From positions 32,001 to 96,000 of the forward strand of contig JBDHUY010000005.1 in the NCBI GenBank assembly GCA_039809385.1: a stretch of 64,000 bases of DNA. Direction: 5' to 3'. Position numbers and translations under genes: made by a program. Below are positions 47,372 to 58,393 of this stretch, piece by piece; position 1 is the stretch's first letter, and each line of letters begins with the position of its first letter. The DNA comes from Candidatus Altimarinota bacterium. GTDB lineage: Bacteria; Patescibacteriota; Gracilibacteria; JBDHUY01. The notes beneath the pieces are model-generated. The model did not search any database. It saw only the letters and a list, made by a program, of their open reading frames with translations, and was not told the origin of the DNA.

Positions 47372-48499
47372 ATGATGGAGCCGGGTCTTTCCTTTGATAG
47401 GTTTGATCAATTGCCCATGGCCGATTGTCATTTACATCTGGATGGAGCAATCCCGCCTGATGTTCTGTATGAAGTTGCCCAAAAGCACCAAATCATCATT
47501 CCGGAATTACGAGATCAGTCTTTAGCTGCCTTGTCTGAAGTCTATCCCAATCCCGGCCCTTTTTCCGGGAAAAACGCCCAGGATTTCAGTCTCTTTTTAA
47601 AGCAATTCGAACGTTCTTTGTCCGTTATGCAGACTCCCCAGTCGATCTATGATACAACGCTTGGAGTTATTCATGATTTGAAAAAGCAAAATATTATCTA
47701 TGCCGAGCTGCGCTTTGCGCCCTCTTATCATCTGCAAAACGGTCATTCGATGAAAGAGATGACCGAAGCGGTTTTACGGGCTATGAAACAGGGAGAACAA
47801 GAGACCGGTGTTATGACTCGGCTACTGGTGATTATTCCGCGCGAGATTGCCTACCTTGCTAACGAACAATACCATGGCCCAAATGCTGACCAGATTGTGT
47901 CGGTGGCCTTAGAATTCCAAAATGAAGGCGTTGCAGGGATCGATCTGGCTTGTAATGAAGTATTATACGGCCCCGAAGCTTATGAAAGACAGTTCCAAAA
48001 AACTTTTGGCACTCGTTTAAAGCGTACAGTTCATGCAGGAGAATCCGGAGATAACCGGCAAAGGAATATAGAATTTGCGCTTAAAAACTTACAGGCCGAC
48101 GGTCTGGGGCATGCCCTCGATCTGACCTCAATGCCTGTAGAGTGGAAAAATTACGTTTTAGCCAAGAAGATCCGGGTCGAGCGTAGCCCTGTATCAAACC
48201 AGATTTTAGGCGTAGGAGACGCTCGCTTAGACGACTTTTCGTCACTGTATCATGCTTCTACGCTCGTAACCATAAATAGCGATGACCCCGGCGTATTTGG
48301 GGAGACGTGCAGGTTAGCCGCTAACTATAAGAAGGTTTTCGACTCTTATAACTGGGGCATCGAGCACTTTCTGCGATTGACCCGTAATGCCATAGACAGC
48401 GCTTTTGTTGACAAATATGGAAGAGAAGATCTCCTTAATCGTTTTTGTGAGGCGCTAAAACCTCACGAATTGAAACTCCCCGATCCTCTGTTGCAATAG
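47372..48499 (+). CDS. add: Adenosine deaminase family protein
   Basis: HLHLDG, YAELRFAP, TVHAGE, GH, SP.SN, INSDDP. Confidence 0.85.
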   Translation: MMEPGLSFDRFDQLPMADCHLHLDGAIPPDVLYEVAQKHQIIIPELRDQSLAALSEVYPNPGPFSGKNAQDFSLFLKQFERSLSVMQTPQSIYDTTLGVIHDLKKQNIIYAELRFAPSYHLQNGHSMKEMTEAVLRAMKQGEQETGVMTRLLVIIPREIAYLANEQYHGPNADQIVSVALEFQNEGVAGIDLACNEVLYGPEAYERQFQKTFGTRLKRTVHAGESGDNRQRNIEFALKNLQADGLGHALDLTSMPVEWKNYVLAKKIRVERSPVSNQILGVGDARLDDFSSLYHASTLVTINSDDPGVFGETCRLAANYKKVFDSYNWGIEHFLRLTRNAIDSAFVDKYGREDLLNRFCEALKPHELKLPDPLLQ

Positions 48500-48549
48500 G
48501 AAAGTTTTTAGGGTAAAGAGGATGTAGTTGTCTTCTTACTCTTTTCTCT

Positions 48550-49725
48550 ATGACCAAGAAATTCTGGTTTGTTTTTACGATCCTTGTCCTCCTGGTTAGC
48601 TCGTCGGGAGAATTGTCTTTGCCTGCTGTGAGCGGCCAGAGCGGCTGTACTGCTCCGGATACCATCTTTGAGCAAAATCTCGACGACGGTATTCGCTATA
48701 CTACTTTGGAGAGATCCTGTAGACAGGACGGAACTGTCGGACCCTGGAGTATCCGCATGTTGGATGTCGATCCTCAAAAGGCCCGCCTGCGCCTTGTCTC
48801 AGGGCTCGACGAATCGTTGGGGACTGAAACAGTTCGTTCTATGTCTACGCGCTATGCCGCGCTGGCTGCGCTTAATGCCGGGTATTTCCGTACCCAGGGA
48901 CTCTATCGGGGGGAGGCTGACGGTGCGCTCAAAATTCAGGGAAAAATCTTAAGTGAACCGCGTACGGGCAGAAGCAGTATCGGTTTTGTACAAACTGAAA
49001 ATGGCTATAGGGCATTATTCGGACGGTTACGATTCTATGGCTTTGTCGAAAACAGGGATAAAGCTCAGCGCTTTCCGTTAAGTGGTATTAATCGTCCGCG
49101 CTATGACAACGAAATTATTCTGTATACTCCCGAATTTCACCGCACCACGCTTACCAATCCAGGTGGGGTTGAAATAATTGTCAAACATAATAAAGTCGCG
49201 GCAATCTCTCCTACTATGGGCAGCAGCGTCATTCCCGACGACGGTTTTGTTCTATCGGCCAGCGCCGAAATGGGCCCTGCTTTGCTCCATTATTTCACCG
49301 TTTCTTCGCCCCTGAGAGTCTTTACCAACTTGATTGCCGAAGATAGTTCCCAGCAGGCCGATTGGGACAAAACTGAATTTATCATGAGTGCCGGACCGCG
49401 CATTTTGACTGACGGAAGCGTTGATCTCGATGGACCACGCGAAGATATTCCCGCTGCGCTGATTAACGGTTCATTTGCCCGGACGGCCATGGGGATTACC
49501 GACGAAGGACATTTCTTGTTTATCACGGTCGATGATTCCGCTACCAGCAAGGGTATGAATTTGCGTGATCTTGCCGATTTTTTCTTGGAACGCGGCATCG
49601 ATAATGCCGTCAATCTCGACGGAGGAACTTCAACGACCATGGTTGTATCTGGACAAGTAGTCAATACGCCTGTTGATAATGTCGAACGAGGTGTCAGCGA
49701 GGCAATCTTACTCTTTCCCTCATAA
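48550..49725 (+). CDS. Phosphodiester glycosidase family (NAGPA-like) exported protein
   Basis: ALNAGYF, AGPRIL, ARTAMGI, AVNLDGGTST motifs; signal peptide. Confidence 0.85.
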   Translation: MTKKFWFVFTILVLLVSSSGELSLPAVSGQSGCTAPDTIFEQNLDDGIRYTTLERSCRQDGTVGPWSIRMLDVDPQKARLRLVSGLDESLGTETVRSMSTRYAALAALNAGYFRTQGLYRGEADGALKIQGKILSEPRTGRSSIGFVQTENGYRALFGRLRFYGFVENRDKAQRFPLSGINRPRYDNEIILYTPEFHRTTLTNPGGVEIIVKHNKVAAISPTMGSSVIPDDGFVLSASAEMGPALLHYFTVSSPLRVFTNLIAEDSSQQADWDKTEFIMSAGPRILTDGSVDLDGPREDIPAALINGSFARTAMGITDEGHFLFITVDDSATSKGMNLRDLADFFLERGIDNAVNLDGGTSTTMVVSGQVVNTPVDNVERGVSEAILLFPS

Positions 49726-49788
49726 CCAAATACTCTTTTTTTCGAATCTATTTTGTTTATACTGTGGTTACCTTAGAAAATACTTCGT

Positions 49789-50685
49789 ATGAAATATCAA
49801 ATCCTGCTCTATTATCGCTATGTCCATATTGATGATCCGGCTCGACTTGCAGAAGAGCAGCGTGCCGTATGTCAGAAATTAAAGCTTAAGGGGCGTATCA
49901 TTGTTGCGCATGAAGGCATAAATGGAACACTCGAAGGAGATCTTGAAAATACAGAAAAATATATTGCCTGGATGCTAGCTGATACTCGTTTTGCCGATAC
50001 TGATTTCAAAAAAAGCACTGGAACCGGAGCCGCTTTTCCCAAATTGTCCATAAAAGTCCGCGATGAAATTGTCAGCGGTCATTTGGGACCAGATGATCTG
50101 AATCCTCTTGAAACTACGGGGAAATATCTCACTGCCGAAGAACTGCATGCCTGGATTCATGGCAACAAAGAGTTTTATATTGTCGACATGCGTAACGACT
50201 ACGAACATGCGGTCGGTTTTTTCAAAAATTCGATTTTGCCGCCGCTGAAGAACTTCCGAGATCTATCCAATATCTTACCTTCTTTACAACATCTCAAAGA
50301 CAAAACTGTCGTCACCGTTTGTACTGGCGGAGTGCGTTGCGAAAAGGCTTCGGGTTTTTTACTGAAGCACGGTTTTACCGATGTCTATCAGTTGCAGAAT
50401 GGTATTGTGACCTATATGGAAAAGTATCCGAACGAGGATTTCCTGGGAAAGCTGTATGTCTTTGACGGACGGGTGGTTATGGGCTTTCACTTGGACGATC
50501 CCAAGCATACGATTGTCGGCAAATGTCTGCATTGTGGACACCCCTGTGACCGCTATGTCGACTGTGCGCTTTTGTCCTGTAAGCAGCCGACCAGACATTA
50601 TGTTTGCTGCTATGCCTGCGAAATAAAAACTGCGCTTTTTTGCAGCCGGGAATGCCGAGAAAGCCAAGCAATAGTTCCTGCTTAG
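49789..50685 (+). CDS. trhO: Rhodanese-related sulfurtransferase / tRNA U34 hydroxylase TrhO (UPF0176)
   Basis: GRIIVAHEGINGT, DMRNDYE..VG.F, CTGGVRCEK, GKLYVFDGR. Confidence 0.9.
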   Translation: MKYQILLYYRYVHIDDPARLAEEQRAVCQKLKLKGRIIVAHEGINGTLEGDLENTEKYIAWMLADTRFADTDFKKSTGTGAAFPKLSIKVRDEIVSGHLGPDDLNPLETTGKYLTAEELHAWIHGNKEFYIVDMRNDYEHAVGFFKNSILPPLKNFRDLSNILPSLQHLKDKTVVTVCTGGVRCEKASGFLLKHGFTDVYQLQNGIVTYMEKYPNEDFLGKLYVFDGRVVMGFHLDDPKHTIVGKCLHCGHPCDRYVDCALLSCKQPTRHYVCCYACEIKTALFCSRECRESQAIVPA

Positions 50686-50793
50686 ATTTTAGCATCGCGA
50701 TTACCAACTTTCTACAAAGGAGTAAAGAACGGTAAGAATTAATAACATTTTTACGGAAGTTCGAAAGCTCTGAACGGTAGACAACTTTTTGTA

Positions 50794-51360
50794 CTACGCC
50801 TCTAACGACCTGCGATGTTTGAGAATCTTTCTTCTCGCTGACAGAGACCACTTCATTAAACCTTTTTGACTAACCCCACGTAGTACTCTTGTCAGCATTT
50901 CGACTGCCATTTCTTCCGCATTAGCTTTTCTATACAAAATCATCCAGTGATGCATAGGGTGCTCAATCAGGTCATACATGTAATCAACAACAAGTGGCCG
51001 GTCTGATATTGAGAAGCATGAAGCGTCCGTTAACTGCGCTGCTGTCAAACTATGTACACGAGTTTGAATGTTTGCAAATGCTCGATCAAGATCAGATCGA
51101 ATTCTGTCCCAAGTCAGTTTGTTCCGCAATTTCCATGCTTGACGATTCAACTCTAAATAATCGCGGGTATCGATCAGAGTCTTTGAGTGGATACGAGCGT
51201 CAATGTTATACGAGAAAGCTCCCAGCCAGTATGTTACATGTGCGAACACATCTTTGGCTGACCATGTATCGGCCTCCCCTTTGGCATCGTGCATCTTCGG
51301 TGGGATATGCGATTCCAGCACAACAAACTCGTGCTTGGCAACCTCTAAGATATTGTCCAT
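50794..51360 (-). CDS. DinB/ClbS-like four-helix protein
   Basis: WSAKDVFAHVTYW and a late EHPMHH motif; start uncertain. Confidence 0.65.
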   Translation of the reverse strand: MDNILEVAKHEFVVLESHIPPKMHDAKGEADTWSAKDVFAHVTYWLGAFSYNIDARIHSKTLIDTRDYLELNRQAWKLRNKLTWDRIRSDLDRAFANIQTRVHSLTAAQLTDASCFSISDRPLVVDYMYDLIEHPMHHWMILYRKANAEEMAVEMLTRVLRGVSQKGLMKWSLSARRKILKHRRSLEA

Positions 51361-51824
51361 GTAGAAATAAATATCGGCTTTCATGTCGTAGAAATTTAGT
51401 GAAAAGAGTCTCGGAGTCCAGTATGCCGACAACCTTTGCCGGTACAAATTAGTTACAATGGTTGTGAAAACCCGTTAATAAGGGTTTTCAAAGCGGTGGC
51501 CATTGAAGTTTGAGGGGACGATCCTCTACCTTTTGAAGTACTTGAACTAAAGCAACCCTACCATATGAAAATATTGTCGTCAAAGGCCGGTCTTGTCTAA
51601 CACTGTCAGTTCAGATCTTGTAAAACCGAATTCGAGGCAGGAAAGGTATGCGTGGTTACAATGATTGTTCCTTATATCGGAAACTCCATATTTTTGACAA
51701 AGTCTGCTTTGTAAAACAAGGAGACGCGGTCTGAGACCTAGCCTTACGTAAAGTACATTTGTTGTCACAAGTGGCCATGAAGTCGTTCTGTTTCTCTCGA
51801 AGGCTTGTTTTCGATATCTCTGAA

Positions 51825-52586
51825 TTATTCTTTTTCCTTCTCCGGGACAAACCGGAAATTGTTTCGACTCCAAAACCACAGCGGAGCATGCATGTCGATC
51901 GGTGATATCCCGCTGCCTTGCAGGATTTCGCGCCAACGTGCCGAGATATCTTCTCTTTTCATGGTTGCGGCTTCGATTTTGCTGATAACGCCTAATTGAA
52001 CCGAACATTTGGTAATATGCGTATCCGGGGCAATATCGATACGATCTGAATTCTTTAGCTTGATCTGACCGTATTCTTGAATAATGAAGCTCCAATAATG
52101 AAAAATCTTCGGTCCCGAAAGATACGGAAATCCGCTTTTCCATTCCTTTTGCACTGCCTCTTGCAATTTCAGAAAATCATAATTGACCCACGTTAATAGA
52201 TTTGCCAACGTTCGCCAGTTTTCCCTAATCGTACGGGTAATTCTATGCCAGGTGGTGATATGTTTGTTTGGCTGCAAAGCCAGTTTATAACGGGTCAGAT
52301 ACTCACGCAGCAGAGCTTCTTCCAGACTGGCACAAGCCCGGATGTCAAATACAATACGCGTCTCGGTATCGAGAAAGGTATTAAGTGCGGATTCCCAGAG
52401 TTTGTAGCTGTTCCTCTGGTAATTCAGACTCATCGGCAATGTGAAATATGCCAAACGTTCTTCTTGTTGTTGCGCTGAAAAATCGGGATGCGCGTCTTCC
52501 GGCATCGTTGTATCTCCCAACCGGCCCGCGCGGTATCCTTCCAGCAAAACTTTGCATCGCGCAATGATTTTTTGTCTGGATTCCAT
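51825..52586 (-). CDS. Hypothetical protein, possibly HhH DNA-glycosylase-like
   Basis: FPYLSGPKI...IAPDTHI...LW pattern resembling HhH-GPD enzymes. Confidence 0.55.
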   Translation of the reverse strand: MESRQKIIARCKVLLEGYRAGRLGDTTMPEDAHPDFSAQQQEERLAYFTLPMSLNYQRNSYKLWESALNTFLDTETRIVFDIRACASLEEALLREYLTRYKLALQPNKHITTWHRITRTIRENWRTLANLLTWVNYDFLKLQEAVQKEWKSGFPYLSGPKIFHYWSFIIQEYGQIKLKNSDRIDIAPDTHITKCSVQLGVISKIEAATMKREDISARWREILQGSGISPIDMHAPLWFWSRNNFRFVPEKEKE

Positions 52587-52674
52587 GGATAGCCACACAA
52601 GGGATATTTTGAGTATACAGTCTGTTCTGGTAGCTCTCGATTCTACTTCAGCAAGTTCCGTACCAGAAGAATCC

Positions 52675-53748
52675 TTATAAGCCGCTTTCTGCCAGTTTCC
52701 GTGCTTGATCTTCCAGAATCATATCCGACACGATATCTTCAATATTCCCTTCCATAATACTTGGCAAGTTGCTCCAGTTTTTATGAACGCGGTGATCGGT
52801 CAGGCGATCCTGAGGAAAATTATAGGTACGGATCTTTTCGCTCCGATCGCCTGTTCCTACCTGCGAGAGCCGTTTTTCGCCCAGTTCTTTCATTCTCTTC
52901 ATCTCTTCCATTTCATATAACTTTGCTCGCATCAGGATAAGGGCCTTTTGCTTGTTCTGAAGCTGGGAACGTTCGTCCTGGCATTCCACGACGAGGCCGC
53001 TGGGTTTGTGGACCATTCGCACCGCCGAAGAGGTCTTATTTACCTTTTGACCTCCTGCTCCCGAAGAACGCGATGTAGTAATTTCCAGATCTTCATCTCT
53101 GATCTCGACGTCTACTTCGTCTACTTCGGGTAAAACCGCAACGGTCACCGTAGATGTATGAACTCGTCCCTTGGCTTCGGTCACGGGGATACGCTGGACA
53201 CGATGGACACCGCTTTCGAATTTAAGCTTTGAATAGACATTTTTGCCCGCAACTGACAATACCAGCTCTTTTATTCCACCCGATTCCGTTTCGCTTTGAC
53301 TCAGGATTTCGACTTTCCAGTGCTCGTTTTCGGCAAAACGCATATACATGCGGCTCAGCTCGCTAGCAAAAAGTGAGGCCTCGTCACCGCCGGCCGCCGG
53401 GCGTATTTCCAGAATGATATTTTTGGCATCGTTGGGGTCCTGGGGTAAAAGCGCGACCTTTATTTTTTCCTGCAGCACAGTTTCTCGCTCCTCCAGGCAG
53501 CTCAATTCCTCCTTGGCTAGCTGGATCATCCCCGCATCCTGTTCAGTATTTAGCATATTCTGGGCCTCTTGTTTATGCTTGGACACTTGTTTCAATTCAC
53601 GGTATAGCATAACAGCCGGCTCAATCTCGTCTTTGCGGTTTACGATTGAGCGTAGGTCCCGCTGATTCTTGAGCACCTCTGGATCCTGCATTTTTGTCTC
53701 GATGGCTATCAGTTCTTGTTCGAGTTTGTCGAGAGTGGGATTATTCAT
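52675..53748 (-). CDS. prfA: Peptide chain release factor 1
   Basis: GGQ motif (SSGAGGQ) and RF1-specific PVT tripeptide (RVQRIPVTE). Confidence 0.97.
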   Translation of the reverse strand: MNNPTLDKLEQELIAIETKMQDPEVLKNQRDLRSIVNRKDEIEPAVMLYRELKQVSKHKQEAQNMLNTEQDAGMIQLAKEELSCLEERETVLQEKIKVALLPQDPNDAKNIILEIRPAAGGDEASLFASELSRMYMRFAENEHWKVEILSQSETESGGIKELVLSVAGKNVYSKLKFESGVHRVQRIPVTEAKGRVHTSTVTVAVLPEVDEVDVEIRDEDLEITTSRSSGAGGQKVNKTSSAVRMVHKPSGLVVECQDERSQLQNKQKALILMRAKLYEMEEMKRMKELGEKRLSQVGTGDRSEKIRTYNFPQDRLTDHRVHKNWSNLPSIMEGNIEDIVSDMILEDQARKLAESGL

Positions 53749-53761
53749 AAGGGAAAAAGTA

Positions 53762-54418
53762 TCAATAGGAACCAGATTCCATGCTAGTTACCGTTCTTTC
53801 TGTTTGGAAATAAGCACGTCGTTCCAAATATAATCCGGATATATAATAGACGGTTACGGGAAGCAGTATACCGGCCATCACGTCCAGAATATAGTGTTGT
53901 CCGGTAAAGAGCGTGGAAAACAGTATAAGCCAAAATATCGTGAGCCACAATGGCTTTTGGCGCGGGTACCACCGTGTCCACATGAGCGTAATCATCGTGG
54001 TAATATACATATGGGCGCTCGGAAGAGCATTGTAGGGTTTATCATGCTCGTAAATCCAAGTTAGCATGTCCGCAAACAGATCACTATTCTCCGGAAGAGT
54101 GCGAACGACATAGGTCGGAAAAAACCAGAAGGTTAGCATCGCAATGGTGATCGTGGCAAAGGCTGTGATAAAAAAATGCCGGAATTCTGCATCCGACCGA
54201 TTATATACCAGCCACAAAAAACAGGCCGGCCACCAGAGTTGCCAGAGAATATAAGGTATGGTCCAAACCGGCCATACCGGAATAAGCTGGTCGAGAAAAA
54301 TGTGGGTAGCAATGCCATTGCTACCCAGATGATTCAAGGGGAAATAAATAGCCTGTAATCCGATTAGGAGACAGACCAACCAGAATCTGTTCCAGATCAT
54401 ACAAGCAAGTCGTTTCAT
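53762..54418 (-). CDS. PAP2 family membrane phosphatase/phosphotransferase
   Basis: NALPSAH and STLFTGQHYILD motifs; ATGA overlap with lgt. Confidence 0.85.
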   Translation of the reverse strand: MKRLACMIWNRFWLVCLLIGLQAIYFPLNHLGSNGIATHIFLDQLIPVWPVWTIPYILWQLWWPACFLWLVYNRSDAEFRHFFITAFATITIAMLTFWFFPTYVVRTLPENSDLFADMLTWIYEHDKPYNALPSAHMYITTMITLMWTRWYPRQKPLWLTIFWLILFSTLFTGQHYILDVMAGILLPVTVYYISGLYLERRAYFQTERTVTSMESGSY

Positions 54419-55233
54419 GCCTTTGTCTTGTCAGCGAGCGGGATATGGTTTTCAGCTTTTTTTCGCAGAGTCATAATTCCCATTACGCCAATCAAAATCA
54501 AGGGAATGCTGAGTACTTGTCCCATCGTAAAACCAAATGGCAGGAAGCCGATTTGCAGGTCGGGTTCGCGAAAGAATTCAACGAAACTACGGAATATGCC
54601 GTAGAGAATGAGAAACGTGAAAAATAAGGTCCCGCGCTTGACTTCTTTACGCGAGAGTTGTTGCATAATAATAAAAAGTACTACCCCTTCCAGAAAAAAC
54701 TCGTAAAGCTGGGAAGGGTGCCGGCATCCGGCGACATTCGGAAATTCCATACACCACGGCACATCGGTGATACGGCCGTACAGTTCGGCATTAATGAAAT
54801 TTCCCAGCCGGCCGAGACCCAGTCCTATGGGAACGCCTACCGCAAGCAGATCGGCCAGATCGATCAGTTTGATCTTTTTCAAGCGACAGAACAGCCAGCC
54901 GCACAACGCTACTCCAATAAGACCGCCGTGAAACGACATGCCTCCCTCCCAGACCGCAAATATCTGGAGTGGATTACTCAGGTAATAGGGAAGATTATAA
55001 AACAGTACATATCCCAATCTTCCTCCGAGCACTACTCCCAGTAGAACGAAAAAAAGCATATCGTAGAGATCTTCCGAACCTATCCCCATCTTCATGAAAC
55101 GTTTCCTTTTTAACAAATTGCGCAAAATCCAGTAGCCAATCAAAAACGAGGCCGCATACATCAGGCCGTACCAGCGCAGTTCTACCGGACCGATCGTCAG
55201 AAATGTGGGTGATATCTGGGGATAGGTAATCAT
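54415..55233 (-). CDS. lgt: Prolipoprotein diacylglyceryl transferase
   Basis: RWYGLMY, GGRLGY, GGMSFHGG, GRLGNFINAEL, HPSQLYE, EFFREPD. Confidence 0.97.
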   Translation of the reverse strand: MITYPQISPTFLTIGPVELRWYGLMYAASFLIGYWILRNLLKRKRFMKMGIGSEDLYDMLFFVLLGVVLGGRLGYVLFYNLPYYLSNPLQIFAVWEGGMSFHGGLIGVALCGWLFCRLKKIKLIDLADLLAVGVPIGLGLGRLGNFINAELYGRITDVPWCMEFPNVAGCRHPSQLYEFFLEGVVLFIIMQQLSRKEVKRGTLFFTFLILYGIFRSFVEFFREPDLQIGFLPFGFTMGQVLSIPLILIGVMGIMTLRKKAENHIPLADKTKA

Positions 55234-55290
55234 GAAAAATAAAGAAAAAACAAAAAGTAAAAACCTGGCGTGATCACTTGATTGCTTTTT

Positions 55291-55614
55291 TTAGTAGACT
55301 CTCTCTACATAGTAGTTGTCACAATAGACGTTTTCGGGACGGTATTCATTTCTCTAGCTAAAGTTATCTCTCTAATCAGTTGAAAATAATAATGAAAACA
55401 TCTCTTTTTGGCTGAGCGACGATTTTCTGAAATAGAGAGTGCGCTCGTTCTTGAAAGCCAGACGATGCTGGTAGCGGCATTGCGGGCAGAGGGTAGGTGG
55501 GGAGAGCGGATACTTTTTCCCGTTGAAAACAGGGGACACCTTGTCGTAAAAGGCCAGATCTTCGTCTTCTATGGAAAAACCGTTCCGGCATTGTCGACAT
55601 TGTTTTCTTTCCAT
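55291..55614 (-). pseudogene. Internally deleted remnant of a CPR-type Zn-ribbon repeat protein
   Basis: N-terminus CRQC...EDLAFY...PPTLCPQCR...NERTLY, then a stop, then a family-like C-terminus YRPENVYCDNYYVERVY*. Confidence 0.65.
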
Positions 55615-55627
55615 GTAGTAAGGACTG

Positions 55628-56920
55628 TTATGAACCGGCTTGTATTTGCTCGCTCAGGAGTTCTATCGCCTTGTCCAGCTGGGTGTCTTTTTCATTTTGT
55701 CCATCGTCTTCTTCGGGCATGATTTCGATATCGGGTGTCAGTCCGCCGTTTTCGACACTACGGTTTTTGGGAGTATACCATTTGGCGATCGTGATTCGGA
55801 TACTCGAGCCGTCCGAGAGCGGCTGGAGTTCCTGCACCGAGCCTTTGCCGAAGGTTTTTTGTCCCAGCAGTTTGCCGCGACCGTAGTCCTGGATGGCTCC
55901 CGCCACGATTTCGGAGGCTGAGGCGCTTCCTTCGTTGACCAGGACAAGAAGAGGTAATTTTGCCAGGCGGGCGTGACCGTGGACCTTTTGTTCTTCGTGT
56001 GCCAGTTCGTCTTTATTTTCACGTTTACTGATACTGGTAACAATACCGCTTTCGACAAATTCGGAGACAATGTCGACCGCCCCATCCAGGTATCCGCCTC
56101 CGTTGAAACGCAGATCGAGGATAACCCCTTTCGCTTTTTTGAGCAGAATCTCGTTAATCGCTTTGCTGAATTCCTGCGTGGTATCGTCGCCGAACTGGTT
56201 AATACTAATATAGGCTATATCGTTGCCCTTCATTTCCCAAGAAACGCTCGGTACTTTGATCTCCTGACGTTTGATGGTAAATTCCAGTGGCTCGTTCTGA
56301 TTTCCCCGTAAAATGGAGAGAGACACGCTGCTGCCTTTTTCCCCCCGAATTTTTCCCACCGCTTCGGAAAGGGACATATTTGTCGTCAACTCTTCTCCGA
56401 TTTTGTAAATAATATCGCCCGGTTTCAACCCGGCTGCTTCGGCCGGAGAATTTTTCAAAGGCGAAACGATGACCAGATGATCGTTTTTTACCGAGAGTTC
56501 GGCGCCGATCCCTTCCAGATCGCCGCTCAGGTTGTTCTTGAAATCTTCGGTTTCCTTGGGATCCATGTAGATCGTATAGGGATCTTTGAGCGATTCCACG
56601 ACCCCCCGGATGGCTCCGTAGGTCATCTGTGTATAATCGATCTTTTTTTGATCAATATAAAGACGTTCCAGCATATCCCATACCTGCCAGAAGAGCGACA
56701 GATCGACATCTTTGGGGTTATGATAGGAATTGGACGGGTAATTAGGAAGTCCCGGCACAGTTGTGAAGTTGCCGTTTTGCTGCACGACGCCGTAACTGGT
56801 TTGACGCACCTGCTCGTACCCTACTGTATATCCGAGCAAAAAAGTAACGAACGGGATCAAAATGATACCGAAGTATTGGGTGTAATTGCGTCGTTTAGAA
56901 AATTTGAAAAATTGGTCCAT
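55628..56920 (-). CDS. ctpA: S41 family carboxy-terminal processing protease
   Basis: DPYT, GIGA, PDZ domain, LDLRFNGGG, SASASEIVAGA, FGKGSVQ. Confidence 0.95.
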   Translation of the reverse strand: MDQFFKFSKRRNYTQYFGIILIPFVTFLLGYTVGYEQVRQTSYGVVQQNGNFTTVPGLPNYPSNSYHNPKDVDLSLFWQVWDMLERLYIDQKKIDYTQMTYGAIRGVVESLKDPYTIYMDPKETEDFKNNLSGDLEGIGAELSVKNDHLVIVSPLKNSPAEAAGLKPGDIIYKIGEELTTNMSLSEAVGKIRGEKGSSVSLSILRGNQNEPLEFTIKRQEIKVPSVSWEMKGNDIAYISINQFGDDTTQEFSKAINEILLKKAKGVILDLRFNGGGYLDGAVDIVSEFVESGIVTSISKRENKDELAHEEQKVHGHARLAKLPLLVLVNEGSASASEIVAGAIQDYGRGKLLGQKTFGKGSVQELQPLSDGSSIRITIAKWYTPKNRSVENGGLTPDIEIMPEEDDGQNEKDTQLDKAIELLSEQIQAGS

Positions 56921-56984
56921 AAATTATGACGATCGAGGCTATCTTAAAGAACAAAGCGGTATAAGTCAATCGCGGTCTGTCTCC

Positions 56985-58226
56985 TCACTCGTGGCGAAGC
57001 GATTCGATCGGGTTCAGCCGGGAAGCCTGCCGCGCCGGCGCATATCCGAAGATAATGCCAAATGCGGCCGATACTCCAAACGAAAGTATGATCGCATTGA
57101 GCGGAACCGCAAAATTCACCTGAAATCCGGCAAAATTGGCAGCAAAACTCAGCAGTGTGGAAAGACCCGTCCCCAACGCAATACCGATCCCGCCGCCCAG
57201 CAGAGTAATCAGTACCGCTTCGATCAGGAATTGCATGAGAATCAGCCGCGGTGAAGCGCCGATCGCTTTTCTCAACCCGATTTCGCGGATCCTTTCAGTA
57301 ACGGTTACATACATGACGTTCATGATCCCGATCCCTCCCACGATTAGCGAAATTACCGAAATCGACAGTAACAAAAGCGATATTCCTCCTGTCACGGCTC
57401 CGACTATGTTGAGGGCTTCCTGCGAGGTTGTGATGGCAAAGTCGTCTTTGGCCGGATCTTTTATACCATGATTATCCCTTAAAACCCTTTCGATCCCGCG
57501 GATAGTACTGGCGGACAAATCTGTATTGACTACCTGTACTACAAATTCGGGAATATAGTTGACCCCAAATATTCTTTGTTGTCCGGTTTGAAGAGGGATG
57601 AAAACAACTTCATCGAAATTAAAAAAGCCCTGCGAACCGATTTTTTCCATCACCCCGATCACCCGGAAATTGACCTGTTTTATTTTGATATTTTTGCCGA
57701 GCGCTTCGTTGTCGCCAAAAAGAATTTTTTTCAGCTCTTGTCCCAATACGACTACCTGTGCGCCGTTATTTTCTTCTTCTTCGGTAAATAAACGGCCGGA
57801 GATCGCTTCGTATCGAAAAATACTGAAATAAGCCGGCTGTAGTCCCAGAATATAGGTTTTTTTCTGGTTATTTTCAAAAACCACTTTTTCCTGTCCCAGA
57901 CGATACCCTGAAGCTGCCAATACATTGGGGAGCTGTGCCACATCTTTGACGTCTTCGACTTTCATGGTCGTGATCTGAACTCCACTGGCCACGGCCCCGG
58001 CGGTTTGATTTGTTTTTGCCTTTGAAGGCACACGGCTCTCGACCGAAATAAGGTCGGGGGTAAAACTACTTAATTGTGAGAGAATAAAACCTTTGGCCCC
58101 TTCTCCGATCGAGATGACCATGATCACGGTCGACGTTCCCACGATGATCCCCAGCATGGTCAGAAACGTGCGTGCTTTGTTCAGCAGCAGCGCCCGCAAT
58201 GATAGGCGAAACAGAGTGAAGAACAT
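56985..58226 (-). CDS. MacB/FtsX-like ABC transporter permease
   Basis: RTFLTMLGIIVG, VGGIGIMNVM, ERIREIGLRKAIGA, NPIESLRHE. Confidence 0.92.
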   Translation of the reverse strand: MFFTLFRLSLRALLLNKARTFLTMLGIIVGTSTVIMVISIGEGAKGFILSQLSSFTPDLISVESRVPSKAKTNQTAGAVASGVQITTMKVEDVKDVAQLPNVLAASGYRLGQEKVVFENNQKKTYILGLQPAYFSIFRYEAISGRLFTEEEENNGAQVVVLGQELKKILFGDNEALGKNIKIKQVNFRVIGVMEKIGSQGFFNFDEVVFIPLQTGQQRIFGVNYIPEFVVQVVNTDLSASTIRGIERVLRDNHGIKDPAKDDFAITTSQEALNIVGAVTGGISLLLLSISVISLIVGGIGIMNVMYVTVTERIREIGLRKAIGASPRLILMQFLIEAVLITLLGGGIGIALGTGLSTLLSFAANFAGFQVNFAVPLNAIILSFGVSAAFGIIFGYAPARQASRLNPIESLRHE

Positions 58227-58393
58227 GGAGAAGTCGAAAGTCTATAAAGTCATAAAGTTCGTAAAGCCAAGCAGGGAGACCGTAGCGGCAGACCCATGTG
58301 TCTGCCAGGGTAAAGTATAACCCTCGCAAGTTCATGATTTTTTGATTCTTTTTTGCTAGCCGCTGGTCGCTGACCGCTGAATGCCTCTTGCCC

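Noticed and set aside
51580-52143. 187-aa alternative-frame ORF
   Set aside because: Overlaps the better-supported 51825..52586 gene on the same strand and has no recognisable motifs.
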